Source of the DNA: Schmidtea nova
Lineage: Eukaryota
Length of the DNA stretch: 64,000 nucleotides
Assembly: GCA_044892505.1 (NCBI GenBank)
Contig: CM097882.1
Coordinates: 118,296,001 to 118,360,000 of the forward strand
Reading direction: 5' to 3'
Shown here: piece after piece, positions 37,586-51,687 of the stretch
How positions within the stretch are numbered: position 1 is the stretch's first letter
How the letters are laid out: each line of letters begins with the position of its first letter
Program-made: the position numbers and the translations under genes
The notes under the pieces: generated by a model
Database searches by the model: none
Seen by the model: the letters and a program-made list of their open reading frames with translations, nothing else
Told to the model about the DNA's origin: nothing

Positions 37586-38028
37586 TTTAGCAACGGGTAA
37601 ATAAAACTAAAAAAAATATATAACTTTCTGTAAAAAATAATTTATTTATTATTTATAGAAAAGAGCATACATAAAGTAAAATAAATATAGTTTTAAATGA
37701 ATTAAGATTTGACTAGTGAATTAAACCGATTTACATTTGACAACTGAAATCAATATAAATAAAAATCAGCTGATTTTAACTCAGTATTGCTATTGCAATA
37801 CTACCCAATATTGTCAACATTTCTTAAAATCCCTATGAGCAATAATACTCATTTTAGTTAAACTTTAGTTTCGGAATTTTCATATAGTGATTTAGATATT
37901 TTTTTAAATAATTTAACCGAATTTTGAATCCCGGGTACTCGATTCGAATTACCCGGGTATTAAATTACCCGTGCAACTACCGAAAATGGCGGGTATTCGA
38001 GTACTCGGGTACTTGATTGCAAACCCTA

Positions 38029-39273
38029 ATGTGAAACCAAGACGAAGATTGACATAGGTGTTGTTACATTAAACACTGAAATCAGTAAACTACTTATTCG
38101 ATTCAGTGTATTAACAGAACCAATACAATTTAGCGATGATTCAGAACACATAACTGAACATGTGATAATAACCAATGGAAATCCAGAACAAGCAAAGGTA
38201 AGATCACTGGATCCCAAAAAATAGAAATTACGAAAAACATATTCGACGAATTTCTGGAAAACAACATTGTCAAACATTCAAATTCAGAGTGGTCTTCCAC
38301 TTTGATGTTAAAACAAATAGCAAATGGTAAATGGAGAGCTTTTGGTGATTATTGACTTCTAAACAAAATCACAGAGCCAGACAGCTACCCATTACCAATT
38401 ATAAAAACATAACTAACCGAATAAAGGGCGGAAAATGTTTTTCAAAAATAGATCTGCATAACGCATGTCATAAAATCCCAATAAGGAAAGAAAACATAAA
38501 AAAAACTGCAATAACAACACCGAATGAAATGTTCGAATACAACCGAATACCTTTCGGTCTACGAAACGCAGCAGCAACTTTCCAGAGATTTATGGATCAA
38601 ACAATGAAAAGCAATAAAAACACAATCGCCTATCTGGACAACATTTTAATAACCAGCCAGACAAGGAAACACATTTAAAAGACATAAAGAACGTGTTCGA
38701 GACATATAAAACGCAAAACTAAAAATCAACACACAAAACTGCGAATTCTTGAAAACCGAAATAAACTTCTTTGGACTTACCCTAAACGAAAAAGAAACAC
38801 GACCAATCGAAAACAAAATAAGCAACATTAAAAATTACAAATTGCCAATTAATACTAGGGAATTGGGAAGATTCTTGGTAATGGCAAACTTTTACCACTC
38901 TTATATTCCCAACTGTAGCAAATTAATGGCACCATTAAATGACATAATTAAAACAAAACGAAACGTCAAAATAAATTGCACATAACAGACAACCGAAGTA
39001 TTCGAAAAAGCTAAATAAAGCCTATCACAAGCAATATTAGTCAGATATCAAGATCCAGAATTAGAATATCAACTAACTACAGATTGTTCAGGTTTCGCAA
39101 TGGGTGCAACAATTTATCAGGACAATCAATTTAAAAAACAACCAATAGGATTCTTTCAAAAAAACTAAAGTCACATCAAATCAGATATTCGACTTTTGAC
39201 AAAGAACTTCTAGCAATACATGATGCAATTAAACATTTTCAACACTTGCTAGAAGGGCAAACTTTTAAAATTG
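38029..39273 (+). pseudogene. pol: Gypsy pol remnant (RT + RNase H)
   Basis: DSYPLP, FSKIDL, TAITTP, PFGLRNAAATFQRFM, YLDNILI; TDCSGFAMGA, YSTFDKELLAI; multiple stops and frameshifts. Confidence 0.88.
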
Positions 39274-42011
39274 GTGGGTTGTTGACCGTCAATATGACCT
39301 TGATGTTGCTATTGCTCACATCAACAACTCAACATACAAAACATTAGCATAACCATCTTGTTGCCCGTCACAATGTAACGTTGGTAATACAACAAATGGG
39401 TGGGTATTCGCAGTCAGTGAGCGTCGAAAATTCGAAACTATGATTGACCGAATAACTCCTGGGTCCAATGGCTACCGATAGAAGGTTTAATGCCCATTTT
39501 GTCCCTTTTACAACAATTTAACTGCAGATATCTATTTCAAATTAGCAAAATGAAATAATTTCATCTATAGAAATTTATTAATTTGTCCCAATCAATCATT
39601 ATACACGGTATTATCAAAATACACAAGAATATTCGCGCATACATTTTATTCGCAAGCTCATACTCAACATATCATCGCAACTCAATTCGGGGATCAAATA
39701 TTCGTGGATATTCAATAGCCGTTAATCTCATCTAAATGATTATTACTTTCGTAATATTTTCACCCAAAATTATCATGTTTTTAGTTTTTAAAATTTTAGT
39801 ACACTTTAATTTTATGCTAGTCCTAATGTCTATCTTGCTGTATTTAAAATATATTTATAATTTTACTAAAACTTTTATATTTTAATTTTTGAAAATTTTG
39901 CCGCGGCCCTAGCAACGGGTAGCGAAGCAAATTTTTCCAATATTTTGTCAGTTTAATTTATAGATTTGTATAAGGTTTTATGAAATTTATTTTAATTTCT
40001 GAATTGTAGAATTTTATTCTTATTTAGGAAAAACGGATTTAGGGTGTCCCTGTGTTAATCTCATCGCGATAATCCTGGTAAAGAAGAATCTATATAGGTG
40101 AATATTCAAAAATGGCAATTGATGATTGGGTAATTTATACTATAGACATGTACATTAAATAATCATTATTTTAGATCGGAAAATTTAACTTGTCAATTTC
40201 GGAATCCATATTTTCTGGTTATATGGAGGAATGTACAGGTACTTAGTATTATTTATTATTTCCCTATGACCGTTCTAACCCTAGTTTGATGATTGGATAT
40301 TTGTATAAACGTGAAAAATCTCCTTCAAAAGAAAACTCAATCGAATTTCCAATTCAATGTATGGAATTTATTTTCTTTAAAATATTCACTCATGAGTGGA
40401 ATATCGATCTATAATCAATTCATCTAGACTTCAGGCATCTACTTGGCGTCTGATCTCCTAACAAAAGCAACGCTATACTAGCAGTGGTTCGAGTAATGCA
40501 ATCCAACAACATCTCTCATCATTCCTAATTTCTGATACTGATATCTGCATATCATTCAGCGGGTTATGAATTCAATTTATTCACCGGCAAGAAAGATTTC
40601 CCACGGCCATTTTCAAAGTTAATGAATTTTGTCGTATTGTTCACTGGCTGAAAAACTAATTGGGATTGCCTTCAAGTTTTGGAAACTTTACAAATCGGCA
40701 CTCCTGTAATTCTACCATTCTCCAATCCGTAACTTTGGTGTCTAAAGGAATAATGTTACAATCTGTGATTATCTCCCATTTGTATACTCAATAATTTCCC
40801 TTTTTATATTCAAAACCAATAAATTTTCATTGATATTTTCTTGTTATTTTCTTTCAATTTTTTTAATTAGAATTGCCCTGAATGATTTGTCAGTTATGAA
40901 CGTTGTAGACTCGAACTAAGTATACATGGGGTGGTAGTCTAGAATATTAATTTTACTAAATAATTTTAATAATTTTAATATACTATATTTGCAGGGTTTT
41001 GCTGCATGAATGTCTGAATTTCTTGACAATAAAATTAATCCATTATTTTTAGAAATTAAATGGGATATCGAAGTATAGAGAGGATAGTTGAGTGGAATGA
41101 TTGTCTCTGTTTAACCATATGAAAAGGGATTTTACATGAGTTTTCCCTAGATGTAGTATGCTGGGTAGAAGAAAGGAGGGAATGAGATGAAGTGATTTGT
41201 ATGAATGTATGGATTTTCATGTAGATTGTTGATTGCAAGTTTGTGTGTATGTACACTATTGTAAATTTAAGATGAATATCCTATTGTTGTGAATATAGGT
41301 GATGGTGTGTTGGTGAAATAAGTACTGATGGATGTGAATGCTTGTACAAATTCTGGATGTATGATGCCTTGTATTTAAATGAATGTTGCGTGTGGTATTA
41401 GTTATGGATGGGGTTAATGAATGTTATGGATGTATTGTCTTGCAAATATGGATGTATTATAGTTTTTGTGATATCGTGGGGGTTATTTACAAAATAATAT
41501 ATATTTATATATAAAATAATTTTAGAATTAAAATAATAATAATAATTTTTATAATTCTTTCTACAAATTTTAAATTTATAATTTTACCAAAGTTATGTAA
41601 TAATAAAATTTCTTATTTTTATAATAAAAAGTTTTTGATTTCAAATTTTTATATTTTAAGGATAAAAAATAAAAATAATTTTTAGGATTAAGATAATAAC
41701 TATATCAATTACAAATTTTTCTACAACATTTTAACTTTAGAATTTTATAAAATAATAAAATTTTAATATAATAATAAAATTTTTGATCTGTAATTTTTAT
41801 ATATTCCAATATAATTTTTGATTTAAAAATTTCTAGGAAAATTTTTGATTTATAATTTTTATATTATAATTTTTTTCGCAATACTGTATCTATAAAAGTA
41901 AAATTTTTTTATGACCACATTTGAAATTCCATAAAATTTCTACAATAATAAAATTTTTATTCACACATTTCGCAATCTAAATAATTCAATCTAAAAAATT
42001 TTATATATTAA

Positions 42012-42093
42012 CCCTTTCGCGGACAATGACGTGTATACACGTCATACTACTGCGTAAATAAACCTCAACTAAAAAAGTGCGTCCGCGAAAGGG
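42012..42093. mobile_element. 82-bp piggyBac-type MITE
   Basis: TTAA | CCCTTTCGCGGAC ... GTCCGCGAAAGGG | TTAA; internal 20-bp palindrome 42026-42045. Confidence 0.85.
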
Positions 42094-42619
42094 TTAAATT
42101 ATCATCAAAAATAAATTATAATTTTTTACAAAATTTAATTTCCATATATGGGTTTCTAAAAATAAGGCATATATAAAATTTCAAGCCTGTTCTTTTGCGA
42201 TCATTAATATTCAAAATTCTTTATGCAATTCTTAGAAGTTTTCATCAATGAGGTTCACGATTTCGAGTAAAAATTCAACGAACTATTATCGAGTATAATC
42301 TGTAAGCATTATTCAATATAACATTTTTACTGCTCTTTGAGTGGTCATTTACAAGTTTTTATACGTTTCATTTTTTCGATCAACTTTGCGAATTCTTTCA
42401 TAGTGAAGTAAAGATAACGTTTATTGAGCGAAAGCGATTGACGAGACGAATGTCTATTTCTGATTCATTTTTATTATGTTCGCATTTTTATATAGCCATA
42501 AGAGTTATGCATTTTGATGTAAATAAATATGTATATACAATACTATAAATAAAATATTCATTTGCGTCGTTTAATACCATATCGCATTTCAAAATAATGT
42601 AATAGGATTCTATACGTTA

Positions 42620-45060
42620 ATTACTTTGAACAGACCTTGCGCTTGGCCAATCCACTACTCCTCATATAGCCAGGTATGAGATGAAGCGTTTTTGGATGTA
42701 TGCGTTCACTTAGATGAAAAAATGGATCAGAACACTGAAAGGACTCCAGCGAACTAATGATTCACCAAAGCGACTAATGACGGTACAACGACTAGGTGGA
42801 CCATCATCAAACGTATGGAAATGGTTTTAATTTAAAAAAATAAATATGTATATAAATAAATAAATAAATATCAATATAATATGTTAGGTTGTGAGAAAAT
42901 ATGATCAAAGTAAATAGAAAACTTGAATAGAAAAAATTATAATAATCATTATATATTTTACCATAAGATAATACATTATTAACCTTCGAAAAAAAATAAA
43001 AATCAAATCAGAATACCTACATGGCATGATTTGCTAGCCTGCATAACATAAAATTTATGATTCTTACATATTCAAATAGCTTCTCCGCTTGGTTCGGATA
43101 CGACTTCTAGAAATTTTTCGAAGGGTTCGTCTTCCGAGAATTTTCTTAAACGATTTTAAGCAAAGTTATCTCTTAAAAATTCACTTCTAAAAACGTTTCA
43201 AAATTTTTAGCAACAAAATTCCAGAAAATTCTGCAAATTCTGACGAAATTGATGATGAAATCCATTTTGATGGCGGTATATATAGTTGCTCAAATTTGCA
43301 TTTTCGTTGAGGTATTAAAACAAATTGTTTTAGAAGGAATTATCCTATTCTTGAAAACTAATTTCAATAATTTTACGCAAAATTGAATTATTATTTTTGC
43401 ATAAAATTTTAAATAAATTCTAAATAATTTATTTTCAATCTAAAATTTCATTTTTAAATCAAAGTTTTTCCCAATTTAATTAATTTATCATAATTTCTGA
43501 CTAAAACAATTTTCTTTCATATTATTCGAATTTTTACACTAAAATTTGAAAATTTCCTCCCGAAAAGATGTTTATTTTTTCTATTACACAATTGATGTTC
43601 TCACGCTATACATGTGTTTTTCACGTATAAACTCAATGCGCATTTGTTCGTTCCAATTTTTTGACGTGTTTTGATTGACTATTTCATGTGTTCTGTTGCT
43701 ACTGAGCTGTACTTGGTGTTTTAGGTTCGTAGAATTTCAAATCTACTTTTTGCGCGCTCTCTACATATTATAAATTTCAAGTCTACTTCCTCGCGCGCTC
43801 TCTACATATTATAATACCGCGCTATTCAAAAAAATCTAAGTTTTTGCCCAACAAAATGTTTACTAATATGAAAACCTTGCCCTTGGCCAAGCCACTGTTC
43901 CCCAGTTGGGATGAAGTGATCATGGATGTTTGGGCGTATCACCTGAATCGGAAAAATGGGCTGATCGATTACGAATCGAACCAGCGATCCGCTCAGACTA
44001 CTTTCACCCGTACGGCTCAAGGCCAGAACAGATATCAGAGGGTATGGAAGTGGTTTTAATGAAATACATAAAAAAATACATAAAATATCATATAATACAC
44101 ATAGACTAAGGTTAAAATAAGGAAAATACCTAGGCCGGGTAGCGAGGGCATGATTTTGCGGGCCTTTATAATTAGGAAACAAAATTAAGTTTCTTACGAA
44201 TAATTCGATTCACGATCACAAATAATCTTCTTTCGTAATATTTTGGTAGAGTCACGCTGGTATATTAGTAGTAATAGATTCTTTGTTAAAATTTCCCTGA
44301 TAAAAACCTCAAAATTTTTAGCAACAAAATTCCTCCGCAAATCTTTTGCAAAATAGCATTATGATTTATGCTGATTCTCTCCATTTTGATGGCGGTATTT
44401 ATATAAAATTTTCTGCATTTTTAATTCCATTGAGGTATTAAAACAAATCGTTCTGGAAGGAGATTCTAATTTTCTTGAAATTAATTTCAACAATTTTCCA
44501 CAAAATTAAATTAATAATTTTACATCAAATTTTCATAAAACTTTAAATAATTTCTTTTTAATCCAAAATTTTACTTTTGAATTAAAGTTTATTCTAATTT
44601 GATTTAATTTGTTGTAATTTCGATCCAAATCATTTTCTTTTATATTTTTACGAATTTTTAAGATAAAATCGTAATCTTCCTTCTGCAAACATGCTAAATT
44701 TCCACAACCGAGGTTTTATATCATGAATGCGTTCTCCACGTGCATATTCAATGTGTTTTTTGTCTATTCTAGCTTTTTAGACCTGCTTCTTTTAACCATT
44801 TTGATTTTTCGTTGATGTTTTGATTAAAGAACTTTAGATTAGAGTCTTGCGCGCTCTCTACTTGTTATTGCACTTTGGTCCACTTTAAATTTAGGTGTGT
44901 TTTCACTTAACTACTTCGGTCTTACTTGATGTTTTGGTTAAATTAGAGTCTCGCGCGCTCTCTACTTTTTGTATTACCGCTTCATTTAAACAATTTGCAG
45001 TTTTGGCCCAACATATGTAGCATAACAACTAATAATAAATAACGATAAACAAATAACAGG
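42620..45060 (+). repeat. Tandem ~1.1-kb paralogous units of a small gene plus upstream region
   Basis: 43200-43500 ~ 44310-44620; GCGCGCTCTCTAC pairs in both units; decayed ORF at 42630-42830 also ends VWKWF*. Confidence 0.65.
43856..44059 (+). CDS. 67-aa hypothetical protein
   Basis: ATG-TAA ORF downstream of conserved motifs; decayed paralog upstream. Confidence 0.4.
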   Translation: MFTNMKTLPLAKPLFPSWDEVIMDVWAYHLNRKNGLIDYESNQRSAQTTFTRTAQGQNRYQRVWKWF

Positions 45061-47329
45061 CTATTAAAATTTACAATTGTTATTTTTAATCAAAATAATA
45101 ACAGATCAAACGATACTCACGAATTTAATTAGAGGAAATAGAGTTAGGATATGAATGTGGATTTATTCTTCTCTGCGCTTTTCTTATTTTTGAATTCCTT
45201 TTATTTTTACGTCTATGTCTTTCGTTATTGTTTGTTATCTTCCACATTAATTTTCCATCTTATTTAATTTCTGTTATTCCTATATTTTTTCTAATTTTCT
45301 ATTTTTCTAGATTTTCTATTAATTTAAATTCCTTAGATTAATTCCTTCAGTATTTTTTCAAATTTTCTTTAGTTTCTATCGTTGCTGCAATTGGATTTTG
45401 AACTTCTCTAGACATTCTTTTTTTCAATCTTTAATCGATTTTCTTATTGATTGTTTTTTTATTTCTAATTCATTCTTATAATTTAATTTTCTATTTAATA
45501 AATGAAATGGGAGGGAAAATACCACTCACACGCCACATACACACAATTAAAACAGAAACCTAACCCTTACAATAATAATACTGATAAAAATAATTCAACC
45601 TTTACAGTGTATGTAGTTCAGTTGCGGAGTTAAAACCACCATAACCCAGCATTATCATAGAATTATTAATGTTAAACTTACGCAGACGCAAAAACTGTAT
45701 TAATTTTGCAACAACCTAACAATATAATAATGTAATTATGGCAAATAAAGAAATTTACCAAGCTAATATCGTTGTTGGCTTATTATCTTACGAACGAATT
45801 AGTTACAAATAAATAGAACAAGAGATGGTTACTTATTTCTGTTAATTTAATTATTAATTTTATTTAGTACATACCATTTACCCCAGTCGGCTCTATAACT
45901 TCCAGAGTGAACAGCATAACTGCAGATAGGGTACATGATAACGCAGATAACGAATGGACTCCTAATAATATGGACCGCAGACAACCCATCACAATTATGA
46001 TTACGCACACTCGTGGGCCTAGCCATTAAATCAGTTTATCGAATTTCTGCTTTTGAAGAATTTCTGACGCCAATATTGGAGTATTTCTTTTATTTCAAAT
46101 TTTGAAAAAAAATCAATGCGATACTTTTAATTAATTATGAAATTTATCAATTATGAAATTTATTAATATATTTTGTAATTATTAAATCTTACAATGAGAA
46201 ATATACTGTTTACTTTCAGATTACAATACCTTATTTATTGTTTGGAACATACGAGTTTGGGTTATTAAAGTTATAAGTTTAGAGAAATTATGGAAACTTT
46301 ATTTAAAAATTGAGAGCAAAGAAATAGATCGGAAAGAAGTGACAGAAGTGTGGATCCTAATAATATTAATTTATCATTGTGATTATCTATAAAATTGGTT
46401 ATAATTTATTTATTCAATAATCAATTAAAATATTTTGATTCAAATTAGATGACCTTGTGAAATAATGTCGACATTCCAGTAACAATTATTTGATAAATTT
46501 GATCAGCACAATTAAAACAAAAATATTTCTTAATGAGTTTTAGTTTAACAATATTGATTTTCTGATGAAATGGTTTGTGATTATTGCCGGTATTCATTGT
46601 CAATAGTTCAGCATTGGCACTGCTGGCCACGGATCTGATATTTATGCTGTTGTTGGTAATTGATTGCAGATTGCAGTCAAATAGCATTTGAAACATCCGT
46701 GAATTTTCTGTGAGGTTTCACGTTTCCATGGTGAGGTTTCGCATTCCGGTTTTTGATTGGGCATCGATTGTCAGTAATTTAGTCGACAATTTAATCGAGT
46801 TTCAATTATAATTTTTTTAATTAAGAAATTTTAATAATCTATTTATTTCATTTCAAAAATAAATAAATATTTGTCGGGAATTGTTAAAGGAATAGTCAAA
46901 TATTAGATGTTAGTGCTGTTAATTCAGCAGAGACTGAAAATGATTTAACAAAATTGTCAAAATTTATAGAAAAAATAGAAAAATGTGAGAGAATAATGAT
47001 AAATTGAATGGGGAAATCAAGTGGATAGTAAGATGTAAGTACAAATGAATGCCGACATAATTAATTCAAGCAACCAGGAAGGTTAATAGGTCTCGTTTAA
47101 AGATATTTTGTGGGCATTAATGTTAAACTTTTAGATAAAAATAAATTGCTGTTCTTTATGTCTATTTACACGACTTCATGGTCAATATTAAAATTGTACT
47201 GAGCCACGAAACGCATGTTTTTTCGAAAATTTATAGAAATTAAATGTAAAACAGGTCTCAGAAATGAAAATTGGTCTTTCTCTTCTATTCTAATCTCTCA
47301 ATGCCAACTCAATCACAGATTCTCAATCA

Positions 47330-48700
47330 GGGGGAACGCGTAAGATTCAACCAGATCATCTAAATTATTTGAAAATAAAATAAAACAATTTATTTCGAAA
47401 AAAGTTTAAGTCTAACTGTTCCTAGGTTCTGGAATAAAAATATTATTTAAGATTTCAAAATTTTTTACATTCACAAATTTTGTAGAATTTTATGTATTTA
47501 TGGTTTAATAGTAAATAAATAAAAAATTGATATTTTATAAAAAGTATAAATGATGAAGGATTTGGCCCACAAAACCTTTATGGTCATCATTTTTAACATT
47601 TTTAAAACTATTAAATTAAAACTATTTATAGATATTTATAAATATAAACAAAAGTATAGATAAAATAAACAAAGTTTAGGTGTATTAACAAATTAATGAT
47701 AAATTTATCGATACTTTGTAATTTTTACCTATACTTTGTAAATATCTTTTAATTATCGTTAACTAATTTTTGATTGGCTGCTTCCACCTTGGATAAATTT
47801 GTACATTTAATTGTTGAAACCATAGCAGGATCTAATTCTATGGCAATGTTGAGGATACCTAAAATTCAAAATAAAATATAATCAATAAAATTACCTGGGG
47901 GAAAATTTGGTTGGATAAATAATGTGATCTTTTGGAGTCCGGAGAAGAAAAAGACACAGTCAAAACTTGGAAAATGAGAAGTTGGGAACAGACCAAAGAG
48001 ATCAAACAAGAAAGCAAAAACAAAGATCATTCCGAATTAATAAGTACAGACACGTGAAAGGAATTTGCAAAATGAAAACAAAAACAAGTAGGAAGATAAA
48101 AATCCTGACAGCTTGTCAAATAACAGAAGTGCGGAGAAAAGTCGGCTTAAAAAGGAAAAAGGGAAATCTGAAATTATCTAGACAGCTGTCATAGATAAAA
48201 CAGGAACTGGGAGAAAAACATGAGATGTCCGAGAATCAAAATGGAAAAAGGTAAAATTATCTCAAGTGCCATAAAATTTGATGAGCTTTAAAAAAGAGAA
48301 GGAGATACACTTTTAGACAGAAGTTGTGAAACAGAATATTGTGAATGGACGTTGTGAGAGACAGAAAGCGGGAGAAGAATTAGTTGAATTAGAAGTGAAG
48401 AGAATTGTAAAGAAACCTGAAGCAAAACTTAAAAAAGGAACTTAAAGAAGAGTTGAGAAGAAACAAAGAGATAAGCAACAGGTGCTGATCCAGTTAATAA
48501 TCGAGTGAAGTTCAGCGTAAATCCAAGTCAAACCAAGAAAGCAACCAGTAAAATTACCAATTGTTGTATCCCTCAGTGATGAGTGATTTTTCGAACCAAG
48601 ATTATGCAAAGGTGCTATTCTTCACCATCGTGTCGCAATAAGCACCGTATAATCAGTTGTTAGACTGCTGAGTTTGGGTCAATTCAGTGTTAAAAAAACA
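47330..48700 (+). mobile_element. Possible solo/3' LTR remnant
   Basis: AGGGGGAA purine tract followed by CGTAAG, then AT-rich and GA-rich blocks like the LTR-like segment at 53837; no partner copy. Confidence 0.25.
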
Positions 48701-50059
48701 TTTGTGATATTCAATTAAGTTTCCAGTGTTAATTGTTATTGTGATCAATTAAAAGGCACGCTTGGAGTCAGATATTTGATTGGTAACTTTTACCATTTCA
48801 CCAACAAACCCAGAACCCAACAGTAACAATATAATTATTGTTTAACTAGTAGTTACCCGTCGCAAGCAACGTTGGTAATTTAATTATTGGGCGAAATACT
48901 CGCAGAAAGTGAGGGTTGTTACCAGAACAATAATTGATCGAGTAATTTCTATTGGTTCAATGAATGGTTATCGACAGAAGATATGTGCTCATTTCAATGA
49001 TTGGTGTTGGACAATTCGAGAGAATTCAATCTAAACTTTTGAATCACACTGACGTATCTGTATTGCAACAAGCTGGAAATACTCACATCGAGTTAGCGAC
49101 TCGGAAGGTTAAGAAAATAAACAAAGAAAAAGAAAAAGAAAATTTCATTTTGATATATGCAGCTATTTGAACAATTGAAGCAATAAACAATGAGTAACCG
49201 GGACATGAGCCGGTACCGAATAAAATAATCAGGATAAGCAAAATATCAAACTGGCATACCTTGTATGATGAGAATGATGTCGTCTCTCCAAAAATTTAAC
49301 CAGAAATGCTCCCCAAATAGTCTGTTTCTCAACTGTAGAGAGCTGTTCTTTGTATAGTTTTCATAAATTTTAACTACTTTAATTTATATTTTTACAATTT
49401 ATTTTTACATTTTTATATTTACGCTATCAAAATAACGACAATTAATTATAAAATTTTTTGAATTTTATATTTATTTAATTCTTCAATGATTTTTTTGTTA
49501 ATTTGTTTTGTTAGTATTTTTTCGTGTTTACTTCTTGATCTTGTTCAATTTAAATTTTTACTTTTGTTTTTTTTACTTTTTTCCATAAGTGTTTATAATT
49601 ATTTTTGTTTATTTGGTATTTTCTCAGATATTTAAGTATATTTCTTGCGCGCTCTCTACATGTGATGTCCACACTCGCTTCCAAATTAATGGGATTTAGT
49701 TTTTGCCCAACACTTATGTTAGGGATGGACCTTATGTCCCAATGTAAGTATAAATATAATAAAATTAAAAATAAATAAAAATAATAAAAAATTAGAATAA
49801 TTCGTTACTTAAAATAGCAATTGTTAAATATAGATAAAAATAGTAATTATTAAGTACTATAAATAAATATAAATATTATACAGTAATTATAAAATAAATA
49901 ATATAAATGTATAAATAGTAATTAATAAATATTATAAATAAATAAAAGTACAGATTTAGTAATTATAAATTACTATTTTAAAATCAATTATATAAAAATA
50001 TATATAAATAACACATATTAAATTCAATGGGGAGTGACAAAATCTTCAGGAATCGATTT

Positions 50060-50570
50060 TGACATACACATCCCATCCTGTTTATTCGCATATAGAAATG
50101 CAGTTCACTCAGCGACAGGAGAAACGCCGTTTTATCTCATATATTTGCGTCACAGCAAGATGCCAGTAGATCTTATATTCTACCCAAAAGCATCACAATA
50201 CTTAGATGAAGAGGACTATCTGTTACAGATGCGAGAGAGAATGCAAGAAGCCTAGGAGAAAGCAGGCCTTAACATCAAATATAATCAAGAAGTGATGAAG
50301 GAATATCACGACAAAAACGCTAAACCACATGAGTTTCAAATAGGTGATTTTGTCATGTTAAAAGGGCACCCAAATAAGAAGGGTTTGTCACCGAAGTTAA
50401 TGAGAAATTTCAAAGGACCATATGAGATCCTGAAAACAACTGATACCAATCTAGTACTAAAATTAGTGGTTAACAAAAATGCTGAACCGATTATGTTGAT
50501 GCTAATCGTTGTAAAAAGTGTCCGTAACCACAAAATAAAGCTGAAAAGAAAGTAAATATAAACAAAGGAA
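50060..50570 (+). pseudogene. Integrase C-terminal half
   Basis: LFAYRNAVHSATGETPFYL, FQIGDFVML, KL..NFKGPYEI (GPY/F module); one in-frame stop. Confidence 0.85.
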
Positions 50571-51096
50571 TTCTGAAAGATGTCGCAACAGAATCATCAG
50601 AGAGATATCCATTAAGATCTAGACAAATACCTAAAACTGTTACCTTTTAGACCATTCTGAGTTGTTTCGTAAGCTTATTACAAGCCGTAAAATACGAGAG
50701 CTTTTAACCTCAAGCTGTACCGTTACGATGCCTAGAATTCCACCGCACATATAGAGAAATTACTAATAAAAAGACATGCAGGGAATCTATTACTTTCGGA
50801 GTATTCTTTTGTAGTCCAGGCAAGAGAACATGGACACGTGTGAACAAAGAATACACCCGAATAACCAATTGGGATCTGATAGCAGACTTCCCTTATCGTA
50901 TGGAGATTAAAGCATACAAAAACGAAAAGTTGATAAAAGCGAGAAATGGGCAATAACAGAATGGAAAACTTGAACAGACAAGTTACCTTATAAAGTAAAT
51001 TTTAAATATAAGGAGGAACTGATGATCTTCGAGTATAAAATCCCAAATTACCCTTATATATCAGCTAATATCACAATAACATAAAATGATACTAAG

Positions 51097-51585
51097 ATGA
51101 TTTTATTTTGGTTAAGTAATGATAAAATGATCCAAGAACTGGAATTTCTTGGCAAAACTTCAGTATCTATTGATATAAAATATTATGAATTCACTAGGAC
51201 CCCTAACAAACCAGCGAGATGGTATGAAATGTGTAAGGAAAACTTTAAAATCAAGCGAAATCTTACCATAACTCAAAATATTACATATAAAGCACAGCTT
51301 ATAACAAATTGTCGACATATTAGCGTAATAAAGAATCCTCACTTAAGGAGCAGGAAAGGGGATAGAATGTTTAGACAACAACCAGAAATACAAACGGATA
51401 CAAATTGTAAATGTCCTACAAGCTGTGCACTCAAACATAATCGTCAGACAATAATGTTATGGGTTATAGGAATGGGAGTAGTCACTATGATCCTAATTCT
51501 AAGAATCCTAGCTATATGGATAAATAAGTACCTACAAAACAATATAAATAGCATCAATAATCAATACCAACTCACCGAGTTATGA
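51097..51585 (+). CDS. Cys-containing protein with C-terminal transmembrane helix (env-like position)
   Basis: CKCPTSC then IMLWVIGMGVVTMILILRILAIWI; same frame continues past TGA into 51688-52143. Confidence 0.45.
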   Translation: MILFWLSNDKMIQELEFLGKTSVSIDIKYYEFTRTPNKPARWYEMCKENFKIKRNLTITQNITYKAQLITNCRHISVIKNPHLRSRKGDRMFRQQPEIQTDTNCKCPTSCALKHNRQTIMLWVIGMGVVTMILILRILAIWINKYLQNNINSINNQYQLTEL

Positions 51586-51687
51586 CAATTAGAGTTAACA
51601 ATTTATCAATTTATATTTATTGCTTTATTAGCAGTTAAACAGATTATCAGTATTGATATATCTATTAATGTTTTATTTCAGATCAAG

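Larger units (their letters stand above)
28612..38028 (-). mobile_element. hAT DNA transposon with nested insertion
   Basis: TIRs TAGGGTTTGCAA/TTGCAAACCCTA; subterminal TACCCG/CGGGTA repeats; flanking direct repeat ATGTGAAAC. Confidence 0.9.
26848..39273 (+). mobile_element. Decayed Ty3/Gypsy LTR retrotransposon (5' LTR ~26848-27073, 3'-truncated in RNase H), interrupted by hAT
   Basis: LTR end ..TAACA, PBS, gag, protease, RT, RNase H in order; pol frame rejoins across the hAT insertion. Confidence 0.75.

Noticed and set aside
39274-39510. Coding-looking fragment after the Gypsy truncation
   Set aside because: Stops in all frames and no recognisable family.
46445-49170. Short ORFs 46445-46696, 47967-48194, 48964-49170
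   Set aside because: No motifs; low-complexity or LTR-like sequence.
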